In this document: one piece after another, positions 1 to 10,493 of the stretch
Position numbering within the stretch: position 1 is the first letter of the stretch
How the letters are laid out: each line of letters starts with the position of its first letter
Assembly (NCBI GenBank): GCA_037127815.1
Contig: JBAXXP010000001.1
Span: 232,174 to 296,173 of the forward strand
Reading direction: 5' to 3'
DNA length: 64,000 nt
Source of the DNA: a bacterium
GTDB taxonomy: Bacteria; Patescibacteriota; Minisyncoccia; Phycocordibacterales; CAIZLB01
The notes under the pieces: generated by a model
Seen by the model: the letters and a program-made list of their open reading frames with translations, nothing else
What the model was told of the DNA's origin: nothing
Database searches by the model: none
Translations under genes and position numbers: made by a program

Positions 1-2
1 AG

Positions 3-2135
3 CTTAAGGAAAAAATTAGACAAAGCTCAAATAATAATAAGTATGTACTAATGCGACACGGTGAATCCGAGTCCAATGTACATGACATTATAAATTCACA
101 CGATCTTAACCTTTATGGTCTAACTGAAAAAGGTGTTGCTCAAGTTGAGGCTGCTGCAAAACTTTTAGACGCTACTGGTGTTGTATCAAATGCTGTAAAC
201 AGCGATGCTGAGGAAGGTTCAAATGACAGTGTAGATAAAACAGGAGCGAAGCGTCCAATAACAAAAATGTATTGTTCAGATTTTAGAAGAACAAAAGAGT
301 CTGCGAAAATTTTGGCAAAGACTTTGGGAATTGATGAATCGAACATAATCTATGACGCAAGACTTAGAGAGTGTGATGGTGGCGAGCTTGAAGGTCGTTC
401 TTGGAATGAAAGGCTTACATGCTTTATGACAGAATGGCAAAAAGTATTTCTAAAGCCATATGGAGGGGAGTCAACTTTTGATATTAAAAAGAGAGTTGCT
501 AATTTTCTTTATGAAACTGACTCTGCAAACAAGGACGAGAATATCTTGATTGTTACACATGGACTTCCTGCAAGAATGATAAAGGAAGTTGCTAAAGGGC
601 GAACAACAAGAGATATGATAAGAAGTGGATGGCAGGATCGTTCTGATATAAATGCTTCACTTCACTACATTGATTTCGTTCAATGGCCTCACGATGATAA
701 TTTTGAACTTGATATTCACAGACCTTTAATTGATGCTGTAACTTGGAAAAATGAAGAAGGTGAATTAATGAAAAGAATTCCAGATGTTTTTGATGTTTGG
801 TATGACTCTGGTTCTATGCCTTTTGCTTCTCAGCATTATCCTTTTGAAAACAAGAAGGAGTTTGAAATGCCAGATAGTAAGATATTCCCAGCTGATTATA
901 TTGCCGAAGGATTGGATCAAACAAGAGGTTGGTTTTATTCTCTACTTTGTCTTGGTGTTGGATTGTTTGATAAGTCACCATTCAGAAATGTTTCAGTAAA
1001 CGGACTTGTTCTAGCAGAGGACGGCAAGAAGATGTCAAAGAGTCTTAATAACTTCCCAGAGCTTATGGGGGTAGTTGAAAGATATGGCGCTGACTCACTT
1101 AGATATGCATTGGTCACATCGCCCGTTGCACAAGCTGAGGATTATGCCTTTTCTGAAAAAGCATTAGATGAAGTTAATAAAAAGCTATTCAATAGATTGG
1201 ATAATGTTTATACATTCTACAAAACTTATCGTGACATGTTTGGAGGTGAAATTGAACAAAGTTTTTATCAGCTTGTTTCCAAAAATGTCTTAGATCAATG
1301 GATTGTGGCAAGACTTAAGAAATTGAGTAATGACATGACGAGGGATCTTGATGCGTATCTGATATCAAAAGCTATTCGTCCAATAAATCAATTTATCGAT
1401 GATCTATCAACTTGGTATTTAAGAAGATCAAGAGACAGATTCAAAGGTGATGATGTTGAAGATAGAAACTATGCGATTTCAACAATGAGATTTGTCTTAA
1501 TTAATCTTTCTAAATTAATAACACCAGTAACACCATTTTCAGGAGAGGATTTGTATCAAAAGATTAAATTAGATAATATTGGTGATTTAAAATTAAGTGT
1601 GAACCTAGAGGAATGGCCAAATCTTGGCGAGCTTTCTGATGAAGAAGAGACACTGCTTGCTAATATGGAAACAGCGAGATCTCTTGTTGAAACTGGATTG
1701 TCTCTTCGTGCAAAATTTCAGATAAAAGTTAGACAACCTCTTGCTTCATTTGTTTATGCAAACAAGGAAGGAGAAACTCTACCGGTGAGCATTGAGGAGA
1801 TTATTAAAGATGAACTAAACGTTAAGTCTGTTGTAGCGGGCAGTGCTGTAGCACTCGATATAAACCTAACACAAGAATTAAAGGAAGAGGGGATGTCCAG
1901 AGATCTAATTAGAGCTATTCAGGAGGCTAGAAAAGCTTTTGGTTTTTCTCCACAAGATAAAATTATTCTGGAATTAGAAGATAATGCTGTTGGAAAAATG
2001 TTAGAGTCTAAGTATTCTGCCTCAATTGCAAAAACTGTTCTCGCAAACAGTTTGGTGCTTATGGATTTTGAGGGAGGAGAGGCTGTGTCTATTGGAGATC
2101 AAGAAATACATTTCACAATTAAGGCTGTTGTATAA
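3..2135 (+). CDS. ileS: Isoleucine--tRNA ligase (5' end outside window) with inserted histidine-phosphatase domain
   Basis: Frame is open from base 3. Motifs: DIHRP, FDVWYDSGSMP, AEGLDQTRGWFY, KMSKS, WYLRRSR. RHG...THG phosphatase motifs precede DIHRP. Confidence 0.95.
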   Translation, partial: LKEKIRQSSNNNKYVLMRHGESESNVHDIINSHDLNLYGLTEKGVAQVEAAAKLLDATGVVSNAVNSDAEEGSNDSVDKTGAKRPITKMYCSDFRRTKESAKILAKTLGIDESNIIYDARLRECDGGELEGRSWNERLTCFMTEWQKVFLKPYGGESTFDIKKRVANFLYETDSANKDENILIVTHGLPARMIKEVAKGRTTRDMIRSGWQDRSDINASLHYIDFVQWPHDDNFELDIHRPLIDAVTWKNEEGELMKRIPDVFDVWYDSGSMPFASQHYPFENKKEFEMPDSKIFPADYIAEGLDQTRGWFYSLLCLGVGLFDKSPFRNVSVNGLVLAEDGKKMSKSLNNFPELMGVVERYGADSLRYALVTSPVAQAEDYAFSEKALDEVNKKLFNRLDNVYTFYKTYRDMFGGEIEQSFYQLVSKNVLDQWIVARLKKLSNDMTRDLDAYLISKAIRPINQFIDDLSTWYLRRSRDRFKGDDVEDRNYAISTMRFVLINLSKLITPVTPFSGEDLYQKIKLDNIGDLKLSVNLEEWPNLGELSDEEETLLANMETARSLVETGLSLRAKFQIKVRQPLASFVYANKEGETLPVSIEEIIKDELNVKSVVAGSAVALDINLTQELKEEGMSRDLIRAIQEARKAFGFSPQDKIILELEDNAVGKMLESKYSASIAKTVLANSLVLMDFEGGEAVSIGDQEIHFTIKAVV

Positions 2136-2197
2136 GCTGTATATAAGTGAAAGTGTGTTTACTACAACCCTATTCCTAAGTTATTTAATTTACTACT

Positions 2198-2794
2198 ATG
2201 TCATATAGAATTTATCACACCGATGGATATATAATAGATAGTTCAAGCTCGGGGGAGTCTAATAAAGTTTTTACAATTCTAACTGCAGAGCTAGGTACTA
2301 TTATTGCTATCGCACAAGGGGTGCGTAAATTGCAATCAAAACTAAGATATAGTTTACAGGACTTGAGTTTTGCTAAATTTGCCTTAGTTAGGGGAAAGGA
2401 CATTTGGAGAATTACGGGGGCGGAAAAAATCGTTAATATTTATGACAAAAAAGTTCCAATTCAAATTAGACAATCCTTGGCTAGAATTCTAACTTTCATT
2501 AAAAGGCTTTCGCCGGGTGAGGCTGTAAACAAAAAAGTATTTGAGGAGTTTGGAAAACTACATAAGGTTTTAATCTCATCGAAGCTTGTAAGAGATAGGA
2601 ATGATTTAATTGCAATAGAAACGCTTGCATGCCTTAGGGTTGCTCATCATTTTGGATATGGAACACCAAGTGAAAAATTGAAGGACATTGTTTATTCATC
2701 AGTTTGGGATGAGGGAGTGAGAGACTCGACATTAATTTCAATTGAGGAAGCTAAGAGAGAGCTGTCTTCTGTCTTGGCTGAAGCTCAACTTTAA
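2198..2794 (+). CDS. recO: DNA repair protein RecO
   Basis: N-terminal OB fold typical of RecO (GESNKVFTILTAELG...AQGVRKLQSKL). Confidence 0.85.
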   Translation: MSYRIYHTDGYIIDSSSSGESNKVFTILTAELGTIIAIAQGVRKLQSKLRYSLQDLSFAKFALVRGKDIWRITGAEKIVNIYDKKVPIQIRQSLARILTFIKRLSPGEAVNKKVFEEFGKLHKVLISSKLVRDRNDLIAIETLACLRVAHHFGYGTPSEKLKDIVYSSVWDEGVRDSTLISIEEAKRELSSVLAEAQL

Positions 2795-2856
2795 TTTGTA
2801 ATTAGTTTATCTAAATAGCACTATATGTGACTGATGGCTGTATCCCCGCTTCTGTG

Positions 2857-2938
2857 AGGTGATTTAGTAAAATCACCTACTGGGTGATTTAGCCAAATCA
2901 CCTACTGGGTGGTTTAGCCAAATCACCTACTGGGTGAT
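2857..2938. repeat. About three tandem 25-bp palindromic units (AAATCACC-TACTG-GGTGATTT-AGCC)
   Basis: Units start at 2870, 2895 and 2920, with a preceding half site. Each contains an 8-bp inverted repeat (one mismatch in copies 2 and 3). Confidence 0.9.
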
Positions 2939-2950
2939 ATAATTTATGAT

Positions 2951-4882
2951 ATGAATGATGAAGAAAAAATCGAAGAGCTGAAAAAAAAGCTTTACTCTCG
3001 AGTAGATAATCTACCAAAAATGAAACATGCCAAACTGCATGAGCATCATGTCTTGGTAAACAGAGACTGGGATGAAAAGGGGGAGCAGGCAGGGATACCA
3101 AAAATTGAATATGGAAAAAATAAAACTCACTCATTCCTAAAAGGTATGGCTGTTTTTGCTGTAATATTTTTCTTGATTGCCGCTGCAATAGCTTATTATT
3201 TTTTCATGGTCAGCCCCAATACAATTTCTAATGCAAATATTGGAATAAACATATCAGGGCCTATTACAGTTTCTGCAGGCCAAGAACTTTCACTGGACGT
3301 AAGTATATTCAATAATAATAGTGTAGCAATTGAATCAGCAGACCTTGTTGTTACATACCCAGAAGGAACAAGAAATTCTGTAGATAAGGTGACGAGCCTT
3401 GTAACCGATAGGACTCCAATAGGAGATATAGCGGCCGGCGCTAATCAAAGAGTTACAATAAAGTCTATTCTTTTGGGGGAGGAAGGCTCAACAAAAAATA
3501 TATCTATTGCTTTGGAGTATAAAATGCCTGGTACAAACAGTCTTTTTATTAAGCAAAAAGATTATCCAATAGGCATAGGAACAGGTCCTGTTTCCGTGAC
3601 CGTTGATTCTGTTAAGGAAATCACCCCAGAACAAAATACAAAATTTACTGTATCTGTTAAATCTAACTCTTCAGATGTTATCAGAGATGTTGTTCTTAGG
3701 TCAGAGTATCCTTTTGGATTTAATTATATATCTGCAGTCCCTGGTCCGTCATCATCAAATAATAGTTGGAGACTGGGAGACATCGCACCAGGTGAGGTGA
3801 AGAAAATTGTGGTAGAAGCAAAGATTTTTGGGCAAGCTAATCAAGAGAGAACTGTTAGATTCTATGCTGGAACTGCGCAAGCCAAGGATCCAAATGAAAT
3901 AGACACGACCTTCGCTTCATATTCACAGACGGTTAATTTGAAGGATCCATTCTTAGGGGCTGATGTAGCTATAAATGGCAAGGGGTCAGAAATCGTTATT
4001 GTTAACAGTGGGCAGTTTATTCAGGGCGATATTCTGTGGAAGAATAATCTCGATGTTTCTGTTCATAATGTTCAAATTCTAGGTGTTCTAAATGGTGTAA
4101 GCGTAGACAGAAGCTCAATTATTGCAGAAGGTGGATTTTATAAATCTAGCGATGATACCTTATCTTGGGAAAAGAGTACCAATCCAGAACTGGAAGACAT
4201 CGCACCCAATCAAAGTGGCTCAGTCCATTTTAATATGAAAGTTTTTGATTTAACAAAGGATCTAGCCTCAAATTTAAGAAGACCAGAAGTAACATTGGTT
4301 TTTTCGGTTAAGGGAACTAGATTAAATGAAAATAAAGTTTCTGAGGAAGTGACTTCACAGGCCTCAAGAAAAATAAGAGTTGCGAGTGATCTAGCTCTAG
4401 ACACAAGGTTGCTTTACAATGATGGACCATTTGAAAACACAGGTCCATTGCCCCCAAGAGTAGATAGTAAAACAACTTACACGGCAAATGTGAAGATTTC
4501 AAACTCATATAATAATGTTAGGGGTGTAATTTATACGGCCTCGCTACCGATATATGTAAAATGGCTGGGGAATGTAAGTCCAATGACCGCCAGTTCAACA
4601 GTTGTTTATGATGCTGAGAACAGAACTGTGACTTGGAATGCAGGGGACATTGCACCTGGTACTGGTTATATTTCTAATCCAAAAGAAATGACATTTCAAG
4701 TTGAGTTGTTGCCAAGTCTTTCTCAGCAGGGCCAATCTCCAATTATTGTAAGTAATCAAAGAATAGCTGGTACTGATAGTTTTACTAATACAGTTGTTAC
4801 AGCCAATGGGTACTCCTTAAACACCCAAATTAAGCTAGATTCAAAATATGATATGGATTTGGACAAGGTGGTTGGGAAGTAG
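2951..4882 (+). CDS. Membrane-anchored protein with multiple Ig-like (DUF11-like) domains
   Basis: One N-terminal TM helix, then beta-rich repeats (W-x-L/A-GDIAPG). Confidence 0.7.
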   Translation: MNDEEKIEELKKKLYSRVDNLPKMKHAKLHEHHVLVNRDWDEKGEQAGIPKIEYGKNKTHSFLKGMAVFAVIFFLIAAAIAYYFFMVSPNTISNANIGINISGPITVSAGQELSLDVSIFNNNSVAIESADLVVTYPEGTRNSVDKVTSLVTDRTPIGDIAAGANQRVTIKSILLGEEGSTKNISIALEYKMPGTNSLFIKQKDYPIGIGTGPVSVTVDSVKEITPEQNTKFTVSVKSNSSDVIRDVVLRSEYPFGFNYISAVPGPSSSNNSWRLGDIAPGEVKKIVVEAKIFGQANQERTVRFYAGTAQAKDPNEIDTTFASYSQTVNLKDPFLGADVAINGKGSEIVIVNSGQFIQGDILWKNNLDVSVHNVQILGVLNGVSVDRSSIIAEGGFYKSSDDTLSWEKSTNPELEDIAPNQSGSVHFNMKVFDLTKDLASNLRRPEVTLVFSVKGTRLNENKVSEEVTSQASRKIRVASDLALDTRLLYNDGPFENTGPLPPRVDSKTTYTANVKISNSYNNVRGVIYTASLPIYVKWLGNVSPMTASSTVVYDAENRTVTWNAGDIAPGTGYISNPKEMTFQVELLPSLSQQGQSPIIVSNQRIAGTDSFTNTVVTANGYSLNTQIKLDSKYDMDLDKVVGK

Positions 4883-4898
4883 TACTAACTGAAATTTT

Positions 4899-5461
4899 TT
4901 ATTCACCAATACAGTAATAATCTGGGAATGTTTCCGTGATGCCATTATAGGTATAACTAAATTTTTCTCTCAAAAGAGAATCTAAATTATAGTTTGGTGA
5001 ATTAAAATATAGAAGCCATTGAACAGTTCTGCCTCCGCACATTCTGGGATACCCAGCATTAATTAATACTAAAGGTCCACTGTAGTTAATTGAGATTTGG
5101 GAAGTGTCTCCACCGCTATTAATTTGTATTAAACCTTTTGCTAGTTCCGGAGATTTTGAAATAGCTTTATCTAAAACTAGATCATTAAAAAAGTCAATCT
5201 CATTTTCGCCCAAAGCGAGGTCTACTTCACTATACGGGTCTACGTCTAAATAGTGGCCATTTTTTGTATAATATATTTCTTGAGCGTAATTAAATTTTTA
5301 AGATTTTCAACAAAAGTTATAGCTTGAGCTCGCTGTCTAGCCTTACTTACAGATACAAGCACAACGCTTGAAAGAAGAGCAATTATTGAAATAACAACCA
5401 ATAACTCGATAAGAGTGAATCCTCCCGCTTTTCTTATTTTAAAACAAGATGTCGGCTTCAT
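4899..5461 (-). pseudogene. Type IV pilin-like gene split by a 1-bp frameshift near 5286
   Basis: GFTLIELLVVISIIALLSSVV prepilin motif. Shifting frame gives ...KNLIT-AQEIYYTKNGHY..., continuous with ORF 4899-5213. Confidence 0.8.
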
Positions 5462-5547
5462 GTATATATATTAACACATAAATATTGTATTAATTAAGTA
5501 GTCGGTATCATTTTTGATTAATGTGAAAAAACTGGTACTATATTGCT

Positions 5548-6906
5548 ATGGAAGAAATAATTGCTTTAGCTAAAAGACGTGGATTTATATACCAAGGTTC
5601 TGAGATATATGGAGGTCTTGCTGGTACATGGGATTATGGCCATTTGGGCCTAGCTCTTAAAAACAACATCAAAGCTCTTTGGTGGAAGCGTTTTGTGCTA
5701 GATAGAGAAGATATGTATGGAGTTGACGCTGCCATTTTAATGAATCAAAATGTTTGGAAGGCGAGCGGTCACGTTGCTGGATTCTTTGACCCACTTGTTG
5801 ATGACCTAAAGACAAATAAAAGATACAGAGCTGACTCATTGCTTGAGGAAGCGGGCCTTAGTATTAAAGGTATGTCTATTGAAGACATGAATAATCTAAT
5901 TAAGGAGAAGGGGATTAAAAGCCCAGAAGGCAATCCTCTTGGAGAAGTTAGACAATTTAGAATGATGTTCACTACTCACGTTGGGGCAAATCAAGATGAA
6001 GATTCAGTTTCATACTTACGTCCTGAAACAGCACAAGGAATGTTTGTAAACTTCAAAAATATTATAGACTCATTTCATCCAAAGCTTCCTTTTGGAATGG
6101 CACAAATTGGTAAGGCATTCAGAAATGAGATTGCACCAAGAGATTTTATATTTAGAACTCGTGAGTTTGAGCAAATGGAAATAGAGTATTTTGTTTATCC
6201 TGTTGCCTGGGAGGTTTCCTTTGAGCTTTTTAGAAAAGAAATGCATGCCTTTGCCTCAGATGTTGGTCTGAATCCTGCAAAAGTTCATGAGCTGGAAATT
6301 GCGCCTGAAGACCTTGCTCACTATTCAAAAAGAACAATAGACTTTGAGTTTGATTTCCCAATGGGAAGGAAAGAGCTGTACGGTCTAGCTTACAGAACTG
6401 ATTTTGACCTTAAGAGTCACACAAATGCTTCAAAGGTAGATCTTTCTTTTTTCGATGAGGAAACAAAAGAACGTTTTTTTCCACACTGTATTGAGCCATC
6501 GCTTGGAGTAGACAGAACTGTTCTTGCTGTGCTAACAGATGCATATTCAGAAGATATTGTGGGTGAAGAAAAAAGGGTTTATATGAAGATTTCTCCTAAA
6601 ATCTCCCCTGTGTTAATTGCTGTCTTTCCACTCTTGAAGAATAAGCCTCAATTAGTTGAAAAGGCAAGAGAAATTTATAGTACATTAAGAAAAGCTTTTC
6701 CTGGAAGAATAATGTTTGATGATAATGGAAATATTGGAAAGAGATACAGAAGACAAGACGAAATAGGAACTCCTTATTGTATAACTGTTGATTTTGATAC
6801 CTTAGAAAAGGATCAAAAAGTGACTCTAAGATATAGAGATTCAGCCTTACAGGACAGGCTTTCAATGGAGCAAATAATGGATGTTATTAAAGATACTTTG
6901 CAGTAG
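5548..6906 (+). CDS. glyQS: Glycine--tRNA ligase (alpha2 type)
   Basis: YLRPETAQG, GKAFRNEI, FRTREFEQMEIE, IEPSLG, GKRYRRQDEIGTP. Confidence 0.97.
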   Translation: MEEIIALAKRRGFIYQGSEIYGGLAGTWDYGHLGLALKNNIKALWWKRFVLDREDMYGVDAAILMNQNVWKASGHVAGFFDPLVDDLKTNKRYRADSLLEEAGLSIKGMSIEDMNNLIKEKGIKSPEGNPLGEVRQFRMMFTTHVGANQDEDSVSYLRPETAQGMFVNFKNIIDSFHPKLPFGMAQIGKAFRNEIAPRDFIFRTREFEQMEIEYFVYPVAWEVSFELFRKEMHAFASDVGLNPAKVHELEIAPEDLAHYSKRTIDFEFDFPMGRKELYGLAYRTDFDLKSHTNASKVDLSFFDEETKERFFPHCIEPSLGVDRTVLAVLTDAYSEDIVGEEKRVYMKISPKISPVLIAVFPLLKNKPQLVEKAREIYSTLRKAFPGRIMFDDNGNIGKRYRRQDEIGTPYCITVDFDTLEKDQKVTLRYRDSALQDRLSMEQIMDVIKDTLQ

Positions 6907-6932
6907 AGTTAATCTAGTGGTATTCTGTAGAT

Positions 6933-8006
6933 GTGCCTGATAAAAGTAATTCGTTAAATATAAAAATAAGCTTTAAAACTCTATTTAAGATAGCTGCTTT
7001 TTTGCTTGGTATTTATTTTCTTTATCTTCTAAGAGGGCTTGGTTTGGTCATCCTTACTGGAGTTGTTATTGCTTCAGTTATAGAACCTGCTGTTAAGTGG
7101 TTTGTTAAAAGAAACATACCAAGAGTGCTTTCTGCAATACTTGTGTATGCATTGATTATTGGGGCTGTTGCTGGGATGTTTACTTTTGTTATACCGCCTC
7201 TTTTGGGAGAAATGGTCTCAGCTATAAGTAGTGTTCCAAAATATGTAAAGACAATAGATATATTTACACCAATAAACAGAAGTGCATATAGTGGAACAAA
7301 ACTTCTATTCCCTGATATACCAAGCACTATTTCAGTAGGAGATATAATCTCAAACATAACAGACACTATCTCTACCTTCTCGGGAGGAATGTTTGATACA
7401 GTTGCTGGATTCTTCGGAGGAATCATTAGTGCTGTACTTATGATGGTTATTGCATTCTACTTGTCAGTTAGAGAAGACGGTGTGGGGGAGTTCCTATCCA
7501 TCGTTACTCCGCCTGAATATGAAAGATACGTAAGAGGTTTGTGGCAACGTGCGGAGAACAAAATTGCACGATGGATGCAAGGGCAACTCGCTCTTGGGTT
7601 AGTCGTGTTTATATTTATATACATAGGTCTACTTATAATTGGTGTTAAGCACCCGCTACTTCTTGCTTTGGTTGCTGGGGTATTTGAATTAATCCCCGTA
7701 ATTGGAATGACAATTTCTGCAATTCCAGCTTTCTTCCTGGGGGTACTAGATGGTGGTATTGGTGTTGGACTTTTCATACTAGGCTTATATTTTGTTGTGC
7801 AACAATTAGAGGCTCATGTTGTATATCCATTAGTTGTTAAAAAATTAATTGGTGTTCCACCACTTTTGGTTATTATCTCACTTGTTGCGGGGGCTGAGCT
7901 CGCTGGAATTGTAGGTGCACTTCTTGCTGTGCCTGTATCTGTTGCGCTCATGGAATACATAGATGATGTAGAAAGACGCAAGAAAGATGCTTTAGTAAAA
8001 GAATAG
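6933..8006 (+). CDS. AI-2E family transporter
   Basis: Multi-TM; ELIPVIG, QQLEAHVVYP, GALLAVP motifs. Confidence 0.9.
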   Translation: MPDKSNSLNIKISFKTLFKIAAFLLGIYFLYLLRGLGLVILTGVVIASVIEPAVKWFVKRNIPRVLSAILVYALIIGAVAGMFTFVIPPLLGEMVSAISSVPKYVKTIDIFTPINRSAYSGTKLLFPDIPSTISVGDIISNITDTISTFSGGMFDTVAGFFGGIISAVLMMVIAFYLSVREDGVGEFLSIVTPPEYERYVRGLWQRAENKIARWMQGQLALGLVVFIFIYIGLLIIGVKHPLLLALVAGVFELIPVIGMTISAIPAFFLGVLDGGIGVGLFILGLYFVVQQLEAHVVYPLVVKKLIGVPPLLVIISLVAGAELAGIVGALLAVPVSVALMEYIDDVERRKKDALVKE

Positions 8007-8063
8007 AGACAGTATCAATAGAAAAGATTGAGTTAGCAGGGAATAAAGATTAAGAATAAACCG

Positions 8064-9545
8064 ATGACACAGAATAAAAAAACTTTTTACATCACCACAA
8101 CATTACCTTATGTTAATGGTGATCCACATATAGGATTTGCATTAGAAATTATTAGAGCTGATGTTATCGCTAGGTACAAAAAAGCCCTAGGCTATGATGT
8201 ATTTTTTAATACAGGAACAGATGAACATGGTCTTAAGCTTTACGAAGCTGCAAAAGAAAAAGTGGTAGATATAATGGACTATTTGGATGAAGTGTCAGCA
8301 AAGTATAGAAATATTTTAACGGAATTGGATATTTCCGAGGATATTCATTTTATAAGAACAACGGATGAGCATCATAAAAAAAGTGCTCAAGCCCTTTGGA
8401 ATAGAGTGTTTGAAAATGGTTATATCTATAAGAAAAACTATCAAACAAAGTACTGTGTAGGTTGTGAGGAGAATAAGACTGATTCAGAGTTAGAGGAAGG
8501 AAAATGCCCATTGCATCCTAATCGTCAAATTGAATTGATCGATGAAGAGAATTATTTCTTCAAGCTTTCCGCTCTTCAAGATGATCTATTTACGCTTTTT
8601 GAGTCTAATCCAGAAATTGTGGTACCAGAAACTAGATTAAATGAAATGAGAGGTTTTGTTAAAAGAGGCCTTGAGGATTTTAGTATTTCAAGATTGAAAT
8701 CAAAAATGCCTTGGGGAATAGACGTGCCAGGGGATGAGAATCAAGTTATGTATGTTTGGTTTGATGCTCTTACAAATTATATCTCAACATTAGGATGGCC
8801 TGAAAATGAGGGCGATGAGTTGGGAGATTTTAATAAATACTGGGTTAATGGAACACCTGTTCAATATTGTGGAAAAGACAATACCAGATTCCAGTCTATT
8901 ACATGGCAATCAATGCTTTTAGCTGCTGGCTTGCCTACAACCCATAAAATTATAATAAACGGTTGGATAACTGGAGAGGGTGGAGTGAAGATGTCTAAAT
9001 CGTTAGGTAATGTTATAAACCCATCAGACATTTGCTCAGAATTTAGCGCAGATGCTTTGAGGTTTTTTGTAACAAAAGAGTTACAGCCTTTTGAAGACTC
9101 ACCTTTTACAGTAAGTAAATTTAAAGAAATTTATAATGCTCACCTAGCAAATGGTATTGGTAATTTGGTTTCCAGAATGATGAAGATGGCAACTTCTTAT
9201 GAAGCAAAGCTTAGTGAGGATGAAATAATGGCAGTTCGTGAATCTGTGGATATTTTGAATGGTAGGGAAGATAAAAATATTGAGGCCTTTAGATTAGACC
9301 TGTATGTTCAAGATATTTTCGATGAATTTACAAAACTAGATCAATTTATTCAAAAAGAAGCACCTTTTAAGAAGTTTAAAATAGATCCGGAGGCAGCCAA
9401 AAAAGATTTAATATATTTACAGGAGCAATTATTGGCCGGAGCCTATAAACTATCTATCATAATGCCAAAGACCTCAGAAGTTATTGTTGATTGTATAGTG
9501 AATCATAAAATGCCAGAAGCACCTTTGTTTCTAAGAAAAGACTAA
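8064..9545 (+). CDS. metG: Methionine--tRNA ligase
   Basis: PYVNGDPHIG, TGTDEHG, YVWFDAL, KMSKS. Confidence 0.97.
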   Translation: MTQNKKTFYITTTLPYVNGDPHIGFALEIIRADVIARYKKALGYDVFFNTGTDEHGLKLYEAAKEKVVDIMDYLDEVSAKYRNILTELDISEDIHFIRTTDEHHKKSAQALWNRVFENGYIYKKNYQTKYCVGCEENKTDSELEEGKCPLHPNRQIELIDEENYFFKLSALQDDLFTLFESNPEIVVPETRLNEMRGFVKRGLEDFSISRLKSKMPWGIDVPGDENQVMYVWFDALTNYISTLGWPENEGDELGDFNKYWVNGTPVQYCGKDNTRFQSITWQSMLLAAGLPTTHKIIINGWITGEGGVKMSKSLGNVINPSDICSEFSADALRFFVTKELQPFEDSPFTVSKFKEIYNAHLANGIGNLVSRMMKMATSYEAKLSEDEIMAVRESVDILNGREDKNIEAFRLDLYVQDIFDEFTKLDQFIQKEAPFKKFKIDPEAAKKDLIYLQEQLLAGAYKLSIIMPKTSEVIVDCIVNHKMPEAPLFLRKD

Positions 9546-9555
9546 TTTCTAAAAC

Positions 9556-10395
9556 ATGGAATTTCAATATATAGATATTCACGCACATGTAAACTCGTCA
9601 GAATTTGATAATGACAGAGACGAGGTTATTACGAGGTCGTTAGATGAAAGTGTGTATGTTGTTAATGTGGGGACTGATATAGAATCTTCTAAACAGGCTG
9701 TTTTAATAGCTGAAAAATATGAAGAAGGCGTTTATGCCATAGTTGGCATTCACCCGCACGAGGTTATGAATCTTGAAAAGGGAGGTTTGATAGAAAGCAC
9801 ATTGGCAGAACTAAAAGAGATAGCTAGGAATCCTAAAGTTATTGGAATAGGGGAATGCGGTTTAGATTTCTTTAAAATGGAGGAGTATAACAAGGATGTT
9901 TTAAATGAAGCTGGAGAAGTTGATGTGAAAAAAATAAAATCAGTTCAGGAGAGGGTTTTTAGGGGGCAAATTGATATTTCACTAGAGTTAGACAAACCTT
10001 TAATGCTACATTCAAGGGAAAGCTACGGCAAAACTTTAGGAATTCTTTATGAATATACAACCCTCCCTAGTGTAAGGTTACGAGGGGATGCACACTTCTT
10101 TGCTGGTTCATTAGAACAAGCATTGGCATTCATTAGTTACGGATTCACGATATCATTCACGGGTGTCATAACGTTTGCTAAAAATTACGAGGAAATAATC
10201 AAGGGAATTCCTCTAAATAAGATTCTTTCTGAGACAGACTGTCCTTATGTAGCACCGATACCTTTCAGGGGTAAAAGGGCAGAACCTGTTCATGTTAAGT
10301 TGGTAGTTCAAAAAATTGCTGAAATTAAGGGAATTTCAACAGAAGAAGCACGAGAGCAAATAGAAAAGAACGTAAAAGAGATGTTTTTTAGCTAG
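9556..10395 (+). CDS. tatD: TatD family nuclease
   Basis: DIHAH, GIHPH, IGECGLD, HSR, ETDCPY. Confidence 0.93.
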   Translation: MEFQYIDIHAHVNSSEFDNDRDEVITRSLDESVYVVNVGTDIESSKQAVLIAEKYEEGVYAIVGIHPHEVMNLEKGGLIESTLAELKEIARNPKVIGIGECGLDFFKMEEYNKDVLNEAGEVDVKKIKSVQERVFRGQIDISLELDKPLMLHSRESYGKTLGILYEYTTLPSVRLRGDAHFFAGSLEQALAFISYGFTISFTGVITFAKNYEEIIKGIPLNKILSETDCPYVAPIPFRGKRAEPVHVKLVVQKIAEIKGISTEEAREQIEKNVKEMFFS

Positions 10396-10493
10396 ATTTG
10401 AAGTTGGGAGGTAGATTTTGGTTAAAAACCTAAATTATAGGTATTCGACCCCAGACCGTTGCTCATCCTGGCCTTTTGTGTTAATCTTCTGGC

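Noticed and set aside
2857-2938. CRISPR array
   Set aside because: Units are directly tandem with no unique spacers, and no cas genes are in the window.
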